Assembly: GCF_009914755.1 (NCBI RefSeq)
Contig: NC_060929.1
Length of the DNA stretch: 64,000 nt
Direction: 5' to 3' (one strand)
From: the human T2T-CHM13v2.0 reference genome, Homo sapiens
Each line of letters opens with the position of its first letter. Position 1 is the stretch's first letter. This document shows positions 1 to 15,038 of the stretch, in pieces. The translations under genes and the position numbers were made by a program. The notes beneath the pieces were generated by a model, which did not search any database, was not told the origin of the DNA, and saw only the letters and a list, made by a program, of their open reading frames with translations.

Positions 1-778
1 CTAAGAGATAGAATCCTATAATTGGATTAGCAGCTTTATAAGCAGATGGCAAGGAATATAGCATGTAAATGCAGTATATGCATAGGGCAAAGGAAAAAAC
101 CTTTAGATTAGACCTTGGGTTTTCAGGGTTTTAAAACTAATTTTGTTATCATCATATTTAAGGTGGCTAAAAATCAGTTGATTGTGGATGACGTGGGAAT
201 ACAGAATAATATAGCATAATATCTCTTTCATTCCATGCTGAGTAAAACAGAAGGTTGGTGGAAGGGTAAGTGTAGACTGTATTAAGAAGTACTGAGAAAA
301 CTGAATGGGAATAGAGTGAAAAATATAAAACAAAGGGAAGATGAGGTGGGAGGAAATGTAGTGACAAGAAGACGTTATCTCATCCAATGGCTTCATTTTA
401 CAGATGAGAAAGCTGAGGCCCAGAGATCAGCTCAGGATCAGGTCAAATAGTTAATTAATGGCAGAGCTGGTTATAAGTATAAATCATGTGAATTGTGGGC
501 AAATATGAATTGGAGGAAGAATACATATTGAGAAAAGAGGGCTGAACCAGAGATACAGAACAGAAAGAGAAAGAAGAGATAGGGAGAAAGGTAGCAACAG
601 TTCAAACAGAAGAGCAAACTCAGCCCAATTTAAGAAGGAAGTGGAGGTCAGCCCATCCAGGCTTACAGACAGGCGAAGGCACTTGAGATCTGAGAAAAGT
701 CAGTTGGCTTCACAGGCTCTAATAACATCCACCTGATACTCAGATGCACAAGAATGTGGGCATAGAATTAAATTCTTA

Positions 779-1096
<318 letters not shown>

Positions 1097-2384
1097 TTAA
1101 GAAACTACAGGGGGACATCAACAGAGACAGAAAAGAGATCAAATTGAAGTGTTCAACATGTCTTAGAAGAAAGGACCAGAAATTCAAAGTTGGAAACTAG
1201 ACCTGGGTTGGAGATCAGTTCTATCAATCACTGGCCACGTAACCTCAAGCAAGTTACTTCTGAGCCCCTCAAAGCCTCATCTTTAAAATGGAAATGATCA
1301 TATATATCTGACAGGTGTGCTGCAAAGTTAAATGGGAGAGCACATGAAAAATATCTGGTATACAGTAAGAACTCAGTAGATGTTAGTTCTTTGTCAAATT
1401 GACCCATGCTTTAGCCCCAAAGGCTGTGATTTGACACCACTGGCTTTCTCCACTTCTAGCACTCTTTGTGTTACTGATGAGATAGAGAAAATGGAAACAA
1501 ATATCAAGTAGGCTGCAGTGAATACGAAAAAAACCCAGGCACAGAAGCTCTGAGTCTTGGGTAATGACCAAGCTGACCCTGTTCATTGTGGAACAGCTGC
1601 TTAGATGAGCTTTGAAGGCTCCATTCCCTCCCCATGGTCTAAGCTGGGTGTCCCACATATGCCTGCTAACACCAGGAAAAACACACCCACACTCAGTTTC
1701 AACAAAATTGGGTTTTACAAATAGTAATAAAAAAATGGAGAAAGTAACTGAATGCAGAAAGCTTGGGAGAAAAAATGGAGAAAATAAAGTCCCATTGATA
1801 CATTATCTGACTAACTCTGGTTTTACTGAACACAAATAGAAAGAATAAAAAGTAACATTCCAAAATGAGAAGGTGATTTTACTCTTCCTGAAGAACCAAA
1901 TGGTTTCCACTTTTCACTTTATTTTCTAAGGTTTTACCCTCTATTGTCATAAATGTTTTCATCTGGATTTTTTCTCTGTTAATATGCTAATTGCCTCCTT
2001 CTGAAAGATCCATAAAAAGTTAAATCAGAATGCCAAATTTTTTATAAAATCCATCTTTTGCATTTACAGACATGGATGTGGTGAGCAAATAGATCATTTA
2101 CCCTCTAAATCATATCCTTCTCATTGTCCAGTGTGTTTCAAGTCTTTGGGTTTGTTTTCTTTAAACAGAATATATAGAATTTTATGTTTTCAAAAATGAG
2201 CAACATTGCATTTTCCTTTCAGTCAATTGCGTTCTGTCTTTTGAATGTCAGCTCAGAAATCAAAAGCGTGTCATCCCTCCAACAAATAATTAATAGCAAA
2301 AGGGTTTAAGAGGAAATAGGAACAAGGGGAGTTTCTGTTGCAGAAGATGCCACAGCCCCTGGCAGTGAGGTCCTCAGCACTCAC

Positions 2385-2519
2385 CTTGCCATTGTACCAG
2401 ATGCTTTCATTTCCCTCTGGATCAACATCATCCGTTGCCAAGGTGAGGCAGACCAGTCTTCGTTTCAGCCCCTTGGCTTTAATCTGTTTCAGTGCTTGCT
2501 TTCCTATGAAGTCTGCTGG
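2385..2519 (-). CDS. DMGDH: DMGDH exon 15 (135 nt)
   Basis: ctgcag|CCA GCA GAC ... GGC AAG|gtgagt; [45 protein letters not shown]. Confidence 0.96.
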
Positions 2520-4348
2520 CTGCAGGAATCCAAGATAATGATGATGAATGAATGCTCAGACACTGTGACAAGGTTAGAGATGCAAGCATTTAAATTTGTC
2601 TTTCCTATTTTCTCACCAATTACACATTAAATAAAAATACAGATCGGATCATATGTCTAGACAAATATTTCTTAGTCCTCAAATGAGAGTATCAGCCACC
2701 TATTCCTTCAGAATATGTTAGACTTAAGGGTAATAACTTGTGATGACAATTTACCAGAACCAGGCAGAAACCTAGGCAGAAAAACATAAGGCATGTTGCA
2801 ATGGTGGATTATGAAAGTGACCCTTGTGTCTAATGGGTCTGGACAGTGGTACGGGCTGTCGGTAAGCAATGTGCAACTCAATTTCTACCTATAGAAAGTC
2901 TTTTACCTGAAGAAAATTCACTTTTTTGAAACATGGTGCTAAAACAAACCCAAAATGCAGTATTTTTTTTCTTTTGCTTCTTCAGAATAATGTCTCTGGA
3001 ATGTATTTACCTATTGGATTGCATTCATTAGTTCATTCTGAAACCATTTATTGAGCCCCTACTATGTGTGAGGCATAATGCTAGGCCCTGTGTGGGTAAC
3101 AAAATGAGTTAGACACAGACATTTTTATCAAAGAGTTTATTCTCTAATACTGTGCTTTTCAACCTTTTTTTTTTTTTTTACTTCTTCCGTGCAACACATG
3201 ACAGATGACATTCCTATTCCTAATACACTCCCATGGGCACACTCAGGGCCATTCCCAATGCAATCAATGCAAGGGAATGACAGCGACATTGTTATAGGGA
3301 TAACCTTGAATTCATTCTTATGTGTTACAAAAAAAAAAAAAAAGTAGGAATCAGGCAAACTGGAAGACTTCGCACTTACTGGTAATACACCTTAATACAC
3401 CTTACCTGTGAGTAGGACACACAAGTGAGCAATGACTCCTCAGCAGAGACACTTAGCTAATAAGGGAGATAGAATTCTACTCAACCAAATGCCAGGAGAC
3501 ACATGATAAGTGTGATAAACTAGTCAGAGGTGAAGAGAGAGCACTGAGAGTGAGCGCCCTGGAGGGAGGGCTGACATCCGTGGGAGGTTAGTATGAGACT
3601 TCTGCATACTCTGCCTAGACAAGCATCTCTTATGTGAAGGAAAGGAAATTTGTGATATATAAATCGTATCTATGGTGAATAAGATTTAATCAGAGATCAC
3701 AATGTGGAAAACAAGATTCTCCAAACAGTTCCCACAGACAGACTACTCTCTGAACGCAAAGAAAGGAAACAACCAAAAGCTTTAATTTCTTTATTGGCAA
3801 TAAGAAAGAGTATTTCATGCCTAAGATGTCCTCCACCGCTAACATTTAGGACTTACACAGCTCTTTCTGCACTTGAAACATTTAGGACTGAGTGTAATAA
3901 ATCCCCTTAACCTCCAGAGAAGCAGCAGCAGGGGTCCTCACACACCCTCACCTGAGACCCCCCCAGTCCATTCCTTTCCTAGTTTAGAACCTCTAGGATG
4001 AACCTACAATGAAATATGATTTCTATGGATAATCCAACTTTAAATTGCTGACCTACACAGGAAGTTAGAGAAAGTTTCCATTAGCCGAGGTTAAAATAAT
4101 GTGCAAAATGAACATCCAATTCTTTCTCCTTCCCCAGGGTGATACAACTGGTAAGAACCAACTATAAAGCTTTATTATGAAGCCAGATCATGAAAATTTA
4201 AAGAAGATTGGAACCCGTGTTATTTAATATAGGACAAATGGGGGTGGGGAGTCACAGGAAGAGCTTGATTCATTTGAATTCATATATAGGATAAATTCAT
4301 GATAACAAGTCATAACAAACCAAAGTTCACTATAGTTAAAACAGGCAG

Positions 4349-4573
4349 AGTTGACCCTTGAACAATACCACTTTAAGCTGTGGAGGTCCACTTACATGTG
4401 GATTTTTTTCAACTAAACACAAATAGAAAATACAGTATTCGTGGGATTTGAAACCCATGTATATGGAGGGGCTGACTTTTTGTATATATGGGTTGGTGGT
4501 TCTTGAGTAAACTCAGATTTTGGTATATGTGGGGGTTCTGGAACCAATGCCCCACATACACAGAGGGATGACT
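4349..4573. mobile_element. MER8/Tigger2-derived MITE
   Basis: Starts AGTTGACCCTTGAACAA...GGTCCACTTACATGTGGATTTTTTTC, ends ...GAGGGATGACTAT, matching recalled Tigger2 termini. Confidence 0.7.
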
Positions 4574-6439
4574 ATATCTAAGAAAGAATTCTATAACAGC
4601 AACATTTTTTTTTTGCTATCTTTTAAAAAGGAGACTTGCAATCATAGAATAATGATGACAAGGGGTGCTTTTCAGAGTTCTTGTCTATGTTGGAATCAAT
4701 AACTATACTGAAAAAATTTTATGCTTTATTGTGCAGAGAAGCACTTAAACAATAGTCAGTGACCAAATTGACTTACACGGTGTGATTTATGGAATGCCAG
4801 CAGATCTGAAATTATTTCCTCACCTACCATCATGGAATCTGAATCTTTACCATTAGAGATTCATTTACAGCTTGAAGGTTCTTAATCTTCCTGAGTCCCC
4901 TATTAAATAATTTTCTTTCAATTATTTATTCAACTATTGTTAAGCCCCTGCTGAATATCAGATACTGTGTTAGGCAGCGGGTATTCAGAGCTTCAGAGAA
5001 CATGATCTTGGGCCCAGTCCTGAAATTACTACATCTCCTCAATGTTTTAACAGAAAACAATGTTTTAACAGGAAAATGTTTTTCCTCAATGTTTTAACAG
5101 AAAAAAAGAACAATTTGAGATTATTGGAAACATAGCAGAACATGACACACAGTAGCATATCAATTAGCAATACAAATTTTGAAATATGACTCATGGTTGG
5201 TTCCTTGTGTTCTAGGGTGTAAAAATCACAAAAGTTTTGTAAATCTAAAACAAAGAATATCTAATATGTGGAGGCAGAAATGCAAACAAATAGAAGCTTT
5301 GATAGAGGTATGGACAGTGGGGGCCCAAGGAAGAAAATGACCCAGTTCCGCCTGGGATGGGAGAGCGGGGATTGGGGCATTCTTTGAGTTGAGTTTTGAA
5401 AGACGAGTAGGTTTCATAAAACTACTGTCTGTACAGCCTTTCCCAAAAGTGTCTGTACTTACATTATAATCTGATCTACACAAAAACACCCCACAGATAC
5501 TGGATTTGGAGTCCAAGAGCAGTGCATTAACTCAGTCAAAGACAGGCAATCAACAAACTGGTTAAGAACCAAGATCTCAGGAGGCCTAGCCCTGTTCATT
5601 TCGCCTACTCTGAACAGCCCTAATGGAGCCACTTAAATCAATATCTGCTACACCTCTGGAGGCGATGTGGTGGAAGCTGGCCATGACCAGCTGGGGGTGC
5701 TGGATGAGAGCTATTGGGGCAGAGCTAGGCGAGGGTTGAGATGTGCTGGAAAAGGAGACTAACTCTACCTTTGTCAAATTCACAATTTTACCAAAGGCTA
5801 AGAAGGAACATCAGGTATTAGCTAACCATGAGGGAAACAGGAAAGGTGGGGGGAGAGTGGGCAAAAACTTTCTCTAGAAAAAAAAATAGAGTAGTAAATT
5901 CAGTTTAAAAAATAATAAAATATTAATCAGTAACATTTACAATTTCTTATGCCCTTGCTGTGTCACATACTAAAATGATGGCTTCACATTCAAGAGCTCA
6001 TTTAATCCTCATGACAACACTTTAAGATGGATATTTTAATCCCCAGTTTATGAAAGACTAAACTGAGGCTCAGTTACATGACGAGATAAACCTGCACCTT
6101 TAGATTTTATCCATATTTTTTTAAATGCCTGTGCCTGGAGTCTATCATTAGAAAGCACTCTAAATAAAGTGCTTTAAATACTCTAAATAAAGAATGTTTC
6201 TTTTAAATTTCTTTTAGGTGGCCGGAACCTATTTTGAATGAATTTACTATAAAATAATATTTGTGTACTATGTAAAAGTATCTGAAAACATTCAGAATGT
6301 TAATATTAATGCAATTTGATATCTGTATTTGTATATCCCTAAATTAGGAATTAGGTCTTTTCAGTAATTTCATCCTCAGACATGAAATAAAACATATTCT
6401 AACAACAGCAAAAATCTTATTGAAAGTAAGAAACACTTA

Positions 6440-6451
6440 CTTTCTTTCTTC

Positions 6452-6485
<34 letters not shown>

Positions 6486-6775
6486 GAGACAGAATCTCTC
6501 TCTGTCACCCAGGCTGGAGTGCAGTGGTCACAATCTTGGCTCACTGCAACCTCCACCTCCTGGGTTCAAGCAACTCTCTTGCCTCAGCCTCCTGACTAGC
6601 TGGGACCAGGCACACACCACCAGGCCTTGCTAATTTCTGTATTTTGGATAGAGATGGGGTTTTGCCATGTTGGCCAGGCTGGTCTTGAACTCCTGACCTC
6701 AGATAATCTGCTTACCTCAGCCTCCCAAAGTGCTGGGATTACAGGTTTACAGGTGTGAGCCACCGCACCCAGCTG
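6440..6775 (-). mobile_element. Alu (AluS-type)
   Basis: poly-T/(CTTTT)n followed by reverse-complement Alu body. Confidence 0.92.
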
Positions 6776-8626
6776 GAACACTTCAATAAGTGCCATAAGT
6801 ACAGACAGGAGGCTGCACCTGCCCATTGGCACAATCCCCCTGTCTCAAACCAACAAGGCTCCTGACTTAGGAAGATTTAAGTAAAATGAGGGCATTTCAT
6901 TTTCATTTTACTTGGCTTTGCTCCCAAGATTATAGATTTTACTCTACTATATAATTATTAATTATAAATGAGAGGAAAATGTGTCTGAAGGTTAATGCTG
7001 TAATTAAAATAGGTGCTTTCAGGATGACCCAAGAACAGAAGTATATTTCTTTAATAAGTCATTGCCAAATTAACTATATAAATAGCTATTAATATCTTTG
7101 AAAAATGTATAAATTTCTGGAACACTGAGACTGTAGCCTAAAAATAGTCTTGGCTTCTGTTTTTAAAATTTATTAATTTTAAATAGCAATATGAGTCATT
7201 AAAACATCCACCTGTAATACATACTAAATATAATATCTACCTATATGAAAACATTAAGTAGATTTTTAAGTGAAATATAATTACTCATCTCTCATTAGCT
7301 CTATTAAAGGAACCATATTACCTAAAAGCACATGTAAATGAAAGAAAGTAAATCAGTATATTTTTGGTTGTGATTCTTAGGGCAATGGAGAGCTCTGAGA
7401 TATGTAGTTAAAATCAAATTTGACAGCAGCACGGTAGGCAGGGTCTGATATGGAGAGTCAGGGTAGTGGGCTATAAGACACTGGGTAGAGATTATGAAAA
7501 TACAGTCTTGGACCTTTTCTTTTCCATCTATATGGAGTCAAAAACCCATCAGAAAATCCAAAGAAGTCATCAATTTTTTGATTGATTTTGTATCAGTCAA
7601 AATCTACTCATCTTTCAAAACTCAGCTCAAGCAACTTCTCTATACAATTGGTGATGATGGAATGCTGTCCCCAGCCCCACTCTGCCACCCCAGGTAGAAT
7701 TGAGTCATATTCTTCCTTGAGCCCCCACTGTCCATACCTCTATCATAGCTTCTGTTTGTTTGCATTTCTGCCTCCACATGTTATTCTTTGTTTTAAATTT
7801 ATAAAACTTTTGTGACTTTTTACACCCTCATAGAAAGTTCTAGAGACATAAGGGAATCCGTGTAACATCCTCTGTCCCAGTAAAGCTTCCTTGGGAATCA
7901 GGCACAGCACTGGTTGTGGAATCAGGCTACTGTGTCTTATAGGCGGGGAAGGGCTGCAGAGACTGTGATCATCAGGTACTGTAAGTGGCAGAGTGGAGAT
8001 GGAAATCCAGATGACAGGCTGTGCCACTATCCTTCAATATTTTCCTGAAAAGCTTCTCATTTAGAATGGATTTTGGATCATCATTTAAAGCAATCTGGGT
8101 GGGAATCCCGTTGCAAAGCCTATGGCCATCACTCACCTACAGTCTATGACAATCTGAACTTTCTTCACTCAGTTGTGCAGTACCCTGTGCACCTGTGACA
8201 CTGTTTATGCCTCAGGAAACTTATAATAAAGCCATAAACTGGATTCATTCATTTGGGGGAATGAATTCATTTAACATCCCCAACCCCCATAATAGACAAA
8301 TTACAGCATTATTCATTTCATATTTACAGACTTAGAATCACAGGAGTCTTAAAGCAAGCAGAAAACTTAGTCCAAACTCATTTTCCATATGAGAAAACTA
8401 AAGCCCTACAAAATTATGGATCTTGCCAGCAGCAACAAAGTGAGTTAGCACCAAACCTTAAACCCAAGCTTCTCAACTCTTGGTTCCTTTTCCACTATTC
8501 AGAGCTTCTTAACATTCCACATAAGTTAACAATAACCACAATTTCAACATCTCCTTGATAGCAAAATGTTAAATTATTAGTTTAGCAACTAAATTGGTTA
8601 TTATTGGCTAGAAAATGAATATTCCC

Positions 8627-11100
8627 TGTATTAGTCTGCTCTTGCATTGCTATAAAGAAATACCTGAGACTGGGTAATATATAAAGAAAAGAGATTTAAT
8701 TGGCTCATAGTTCTGCAGGCTGTACAGGAAGCATGATGCTGGCATCTGCTTGGCTTCTGAGGAGACCTTAGCAAGCAAAGTTAGAATCATGGTGGAAGGC
8801 AAAGGGGGAGCAGTACTTCACATGGCCAGAGAAGGAGCAAGAGATAGAGTGCAGAAAGATACTACTCACTTTTATATGACCAGATCTCATGAGAACTCAC
8901 TCACTATTGCGAGGACAGTACCAAGGGGGATTGTGCTAAACCAGTCATGAGAAATCTGCCCCCATGATCCAATCACCTCTCATCAGGCCCCACCTCCAAC
9001 ATTGGGGATTACAATTCAACATGAGATTTGGTGGGGAAACAGATACAAACCATATGATTACACCTCTGACCCCAAAATCTCACATCCTTCTTATATTGAA
9101 AACTATAATCATGCCTTCCCAGAGTTCCCCAAAGTCTTAGCTCATTTCACCATTAACTCAAAAGTCCAAAGTCCAAAGTCTCATCTGAGACAAGGCTAGT
9201 CCCTTCTGCCTATGAGCCTGTAAAATCAAAAACAAGTTAGTTACCTCTAAGATACAATGGGGATACAAGCACTGGGTAAACATTCCCATTCCAAAAAGGA
9301 AACATCAGCCAAAAGAAAGGAGCTATAAGCCCCACAGAAGTCAAAAACCCAGCAGGGAAGTCATTAAATCTTAAGGCTCCAAAATAATCTCCTTTGACTC
9401 CATATCTCACATCCAGGGCACACTGGTGTGCCCAAAAGCTTTGGGCAATTATGCTTCTGTGGCTTTGCAGGGTTCAGCCACCGTAACTGCTCTCATGGGC
9501 TGGTGTTGAATGCCTGCAGCTTTTGCAGGCTGAGGGTGCAAGCTGCTGGTGGGTCTACCATTCTAGGGTCTAGATGATGGTGGCTCTCTTCTCACAGCTC
9601 CACTAGGCAGTGCCCCAGTGGGGACTCTGTGTGGGGGCTCCAACCCCACATTTCCCCTCTACACTGTCTTAGGTAGATGTTCTCCATGAGGGCTCCACCC
9701 TTGCAGCAGGCTTCTACTTGCCCATCCAGGCATTTCCATACATCTTCTGAAATTTAGGTGGAGGCTCCCAAGCCTCAACTCTTGCACTTCGTGCACCCAC
9801 AGGCTTAATATCATGTGGAAGCTGCCAAGGCTTATGGCTTGCACCCTCTGTAGCAGCAGCCCAAGCTTTACTAGGGCTCATTTGAGTCACAGCTAGAGCT
9901 GGAGCAGCTGGGATGCAGGGAGCAGTGTCCCAATGCCATGCAAGGCAGTGGGGCCTTGGGCCTGGCCCACAAAACATTCATTCCTCTTAGGCCTCTGGGG
10001 CTGTGATGATAGGGGTTGTTGTGAAGGTCTCTGAAATGCCTTCAAGACCTTTTTCCCCAGTGTTTTGGTTATCAGCACTTGGCTCCTTTTTACTTATGCA
10101 AATGTCTCCAGCCTGCTTGAATTCCTCCCCAGAAAATGGGCTTTTCTTTTCTACTACATGGTCAGGTTGCACATTTTCCAAACTTTTACACTCTGCTTCC
10201 CCTTTAAATATAAGTTCCAACTTCAGGTCATTTCTTTGTTCACACACATGAGCATTGACTGTCAGAAGTAGCCAGGCCACATCTTGAATGCTTTGCTGCT
10301 TAGAAATTTCTTCCACTAGATACTCTAAATCATCAGTCTCAGTTTCTAAGATCCATAGATCCCTAGGGCAGGAGCACAATGCAGCCATGTTATTTGCTAA
10401 TGCATAACAAAAGTGACCTTTATTCCCATTCCCAATAAGTTCTTCATTTCCATCTGAGACCTCCTCAGCTTGGCCATCTCTGTCCATATCATTATCAGCA
10501 TTTAGGTCACAACGATTCAACACATCTCTAGGGAGTTTCAAACCTTCTCTCATCTTCCTGTCTTCTTCTGAGCCCTCCACATCCTTCTAACCTCTGCCCA
10601 TTACCCAGTTCCAAAGCTGCTTCCACATTTTCAGATATCTTTATAGCAATATCCCACTCCTCTGTACCATTTTTATGTATTAGTTTGTTCTCTCACTGCT
10701 ATAAAGAAATGCCTGAGACTGGGTAATTTATAAAGAAAATAGATTTAATTGGCTCACAGTTCTGTAGACTATACAGGAAGCAAGATGTGGGCATCTGCTT
10801 TGCTTCTGGGGAGGTCTCAGGGAACTTACAATCATGGCAGAAGGCAAAGGGGGAGCTGGCATGTCTTACATGGCAGGAGCAGGAGCAAGAGACAGGAGGG
10901 AGGTGCTACATACTTTTAAACAACTAGATCTCATGAGAACCCACTCACTATTGTGAGGACAGTACCAAAGGGGATGTTGCTAAATCATTCATGAGAAACC
11001 ACCCCCATGATCCAATCACCTCCCACCAGGCTCCACCTCCAACAATGGGGATTACAATTTGGCATGAGATTTGGTGCAGACACAGATCCAAATCATATCA
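8627..11100 (-). mobile_element. Full-length MST-family MaLR (ERVL-MaLR) provirus: LTR-internal-LTR
   Basis: Two homologous ~430-bp LTRs (8627-~9057 and ~10677-11100), both starting TGTATTAGT on +; ~1.6-kb internal region with a MaLR ORF remnant (9987-10580, MEGSEEDRKMRE...); near-perfect 5-bp TSD TTCCC/CTCCC. Confidence 0.9.
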
Positions 11101-13139
11101 CTCCCACACACAGGTAGTTTTCATTCTCTGCCCTTAGCAATTTAAAAGAAAGCACTCATATAGCATTTTTCTAACCAAAATTACTGACCAGTTAAAATTC
11201 CTTCTCAAAAATGTTTAATATTACTAGAACAGGAACCATAGTCACTAAAAAAGGGGGATAAAATAGAAACCTGGGAAAATAACTAAAATATAGTTCCTAA
11301 GCCAGGCAAGTAATCAGGCTAATTAGCATTCAAATCAAACCAGATTTTCAAAACTAAAGCCCCCATTACATGTCTTTAATATTAAATCTTACTAGATTTG
11401 ATGTTAAAGAGAACACTTAATTTTTCGGTTTTTTAATCTGATGATTCAAAGGAAAACTGTGAAATGGACCTGTGGCTTTATCAGATTTATGTTTAACTGC
11501 TTTGGCCAACAACTATAATATAGAGTTTTCATAATAGATTTCATCTCTCTAGAGTAGAGTGAAGAACAATTGCCCATTTGATATTTTAAGCATAGCACTT
11601 AAGCCTAAATGCAAAGTAAATAATAATCAAAGGAAATTTTAAAAGCATGAAGAAATGAGGCCTCAATAGGGACCCAAGATCTTCCTTACTGGGATCTTAA
11701 AAAAAGAAAAAGGATTTCATGTATAGTTCCTTTACTCTAAATGACTTATTTAGATTCAAATCAATAATATGGAAAGGAACTAACACTTAGTGAGGTACCA
11801 AATGTTCTTTATCTCATCTAATACTTATGACAAATTTATGGAGTGAACATTTTCTTCATTTTACAGATGAGAAAACTGAAATGCTCATAGATTAAGCAAT
11901 ACATCTAGTCAGAATCAGTAAATGTCAGAGTCACAATTCAAACCCTTCAACAAATATTTACAGAGCCCTCACTAGTGATCAGACACGGGGTGAGGCTAAG
12001 GATTCTTGGCCTCTGTCCTCAAAGTTGAGGAGGTGGCCAGGAATATAAGGCGTGGTCAGTACCAGGGCAGAGGCAAGTGCAGAGTGCTATAGAAAACGGA
12101 TTCTCAACACTCACCTGCCTCAATGACCACCTATATCTGAAGGGTCCAAAGCCATACTTCCAGAGCTAAGCTCTCCAAACCCACATGCTCAGATGCGTTC
12201 TGGGACTCTCTGCTTGGCTACCCCAGAGTCCTCCAACCCAAGTCCTGACAATTTCCCACCCACACCCCTCCACCTGTGTTTCCTAGTTAATCCACAGTTC
12301 ATTAACATCCTCCTCTCACCCCTTCACATGCAGTCCCTCATGTGGTATCCACCCTTCCTTCTAAATAGCACTCATTGCTCTTTCTTCTCCATCCTATGGC
12401 CACTGCTTTAGTTGAAGTCTTCGCCTTCTCTCCACTGGATTTATTTGATAATTAGGAGAATGATCTCCCAGTCATCAGACGAACTCACTTTTAATCTGTT
12501 TCCCATCACTAGAGTGTCACTCCTTACTCAAAATTCTTGGGTCACTCCCCAGGTTCTCCAGGATACACTCCAAATTCCTTAGCTTGGCACATGAGACCCT
12601 TCATAATGAGGGCCCAGGACTTTTCAAGTATCATCTTTTGACATTACTTTCAACAACAAAATATTTACTGGGCATCTGCTATGTGCCAGCCCTGAGCTGG
12701 GTGTTGGGGATAAAAATAATAAACAAAACATATGTTGTATGGCCAGCACCTGTACTCAGGAAGCTTACATTCTGTTCAAAAGAAAAACAGGAAAAATAAA
12801 CAAAATAATGGCAAGCTCTAAGTGCTGTAAGGAGAATACAGCTGCAAAATTTTTAAAAATTATCCAGTAAAATCCAATGATGTTTTAAAAGGTGACATAT
12901 CATCACCAAGTGGGTTTTATCCTAAAAACGAAAGGCTGGCATAATGTTAGAAAATTCATAAATGTAATAAACCATATAACAAAGTAAAACAAACAAAATG
13001 ATTATCTCAGTAGATGTGGAAAATCATTTGCTAAAAATCCAGTATCTATTCCTGATCTTTTTTAAAAATGTTAACACTAGGAATAGAAGCAAATGTCTTC
13101 AACTTGATAAAGAACTTCCAGGCAAGAATATAAGGCAAG

Positions 13140-13390
<251 letters not shown>

Positions 13391-14822
13391 TTAGAAAAGA
13401 CAAAGAAAAGCTTTATTTTTATACAACATGATTGTCCATGTGACAATCCGATGGAATCTACAAAAATGCTACTAGAACCACTAAGCAGATTGAGCAAAGT
13501 TCCAAAATATAAGATCAACATATAAGACCAATTGTATTTCTATAATTTGGCAATAAACAACTGAAAATTGAAATTAAAAATACCATCTACAACAGTATCA
13601 AAACATGAAATACTTAAGGATAAATATGTTAAAAGATATGTAAGACCTGTATACTGAAAACTATAAAAGATTCCTGACAGAAATAAAAGATGACCTGAAT
13701 AAATGGAGAGATGGAACTTGTTCATGAATTGTAATACTTGAATTGACCTGTAGATAAAATGCAATTCCAATAAAGTCTAGCAGGTTTTTTGGTACACATT
13801 GACAAGCTGATTCTAAAATTAATGAAATTCAAAGGACCTAGAATAGCCAAAACAGCTTTAAAAAAGAGAACAAAGTTGCAGGGCTATCACAACCTTATTT
13901 GAGCAACAGTAATCAAGACACTGTAGTATTGGCATTTGGAAAGATAAACAGATATACAGAATACAACAGAGTCCAGAAATAGACCTACAAACAAATGGAC
14001 AAAGATATAAACATACTGACGAAGATATAAAGGCAATGAAATTCAGAATATATAGTCTTTTCAACAAATGGTGCTGAAAGCAATTGGTTATCCAAGTACA
14101 AATAAATAAAACTTCAGTCCATACCTCATACCAGATACAAGATCAACTAAAAATGGATCATAGACCTAAATGTAAAAAGTAAAATAATAAAACTTCTAGA
14201 AGAAAACATAGCAGAAAATCTTTATGACTTTGGATTAGGCAAAGATTTCCTAGATATGAACCAAAAGCATGATTCATAAAAGAACAATTGATAAGAACTT
14301 TAAAATTCAAAAATTAAAAATGGCTCTTTGAAAGACACCATGAGACAAATGAAAAGTCAAGACATCTGAAAAAAATTTGCAAAGCATGTATCTGATAAAG
14401 AATACAGAAAGCACTTTAAAAACTCAATTAAAAAAAACAAACCCTAGGTAAGAGATTTAACCAGACATTTCACAAAAAAAGATATAGAAATGGCAGGGAG
14501 GCACATCAAAAAATGTCCAACATCATTTGACATTAAGGAAATAAATTAAAACCATCATGAGACATCACTACATATCTCTTAGAATAGCTAAAGTTAAAAA
14601 GACTGACCATGAAAAGTATTTGACAAGGATGTAGAGGAGCTGGAACTTCACATACTGCTGGTAGGACTATAATATATAAAATGGCACACAGCTTGGCAAA
14701 ACGGTTTCTTACAAAGTTACCATACACTTTCATTTTATTCAGTCATTTCACTCCTAGGTATTTACCTAGGGAAAAGAAAGCCTATGTTCATACAAATAGT
14801 TGTACACAAATGTTCACAGTGT

Positions 14823-15038
14823 CAGCTGACTGTTGAACAACTCAGGTTTGAACTGCACGGATCCACTTATATGTGCATTTTTTTCAACCAAGCAGATCAA
14901 AAAGACAGTATTTGCAGGATGCAAAACCCAACTTTTTCTATAGGCAGTTTCCACAGACAAACTGCCGGACTTCAAGCAAATTTTGGTACCCTTGGGCAGT
15001 CATAGAACCAATCCTCCAGGTATACCAAGAGACTACTG
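14823..15038. mobile_element. MER8/Tigger2-derived MITE inside L1M
   Basis: CAGCTGACTGTTGAACAACTCAGGTTTGAACTGCACGGATCCACTTAT..., homologous to 4349-4573. Confidence 0.65.

Noticed and set aside
5037-5105. Imperfect AATGTTTTAACAG repeats; similar micro-duplications near 6157-6192 and 25460-25506
   Set aside because: Ordinary slippage-type local duplications, too short and irregular for an array.
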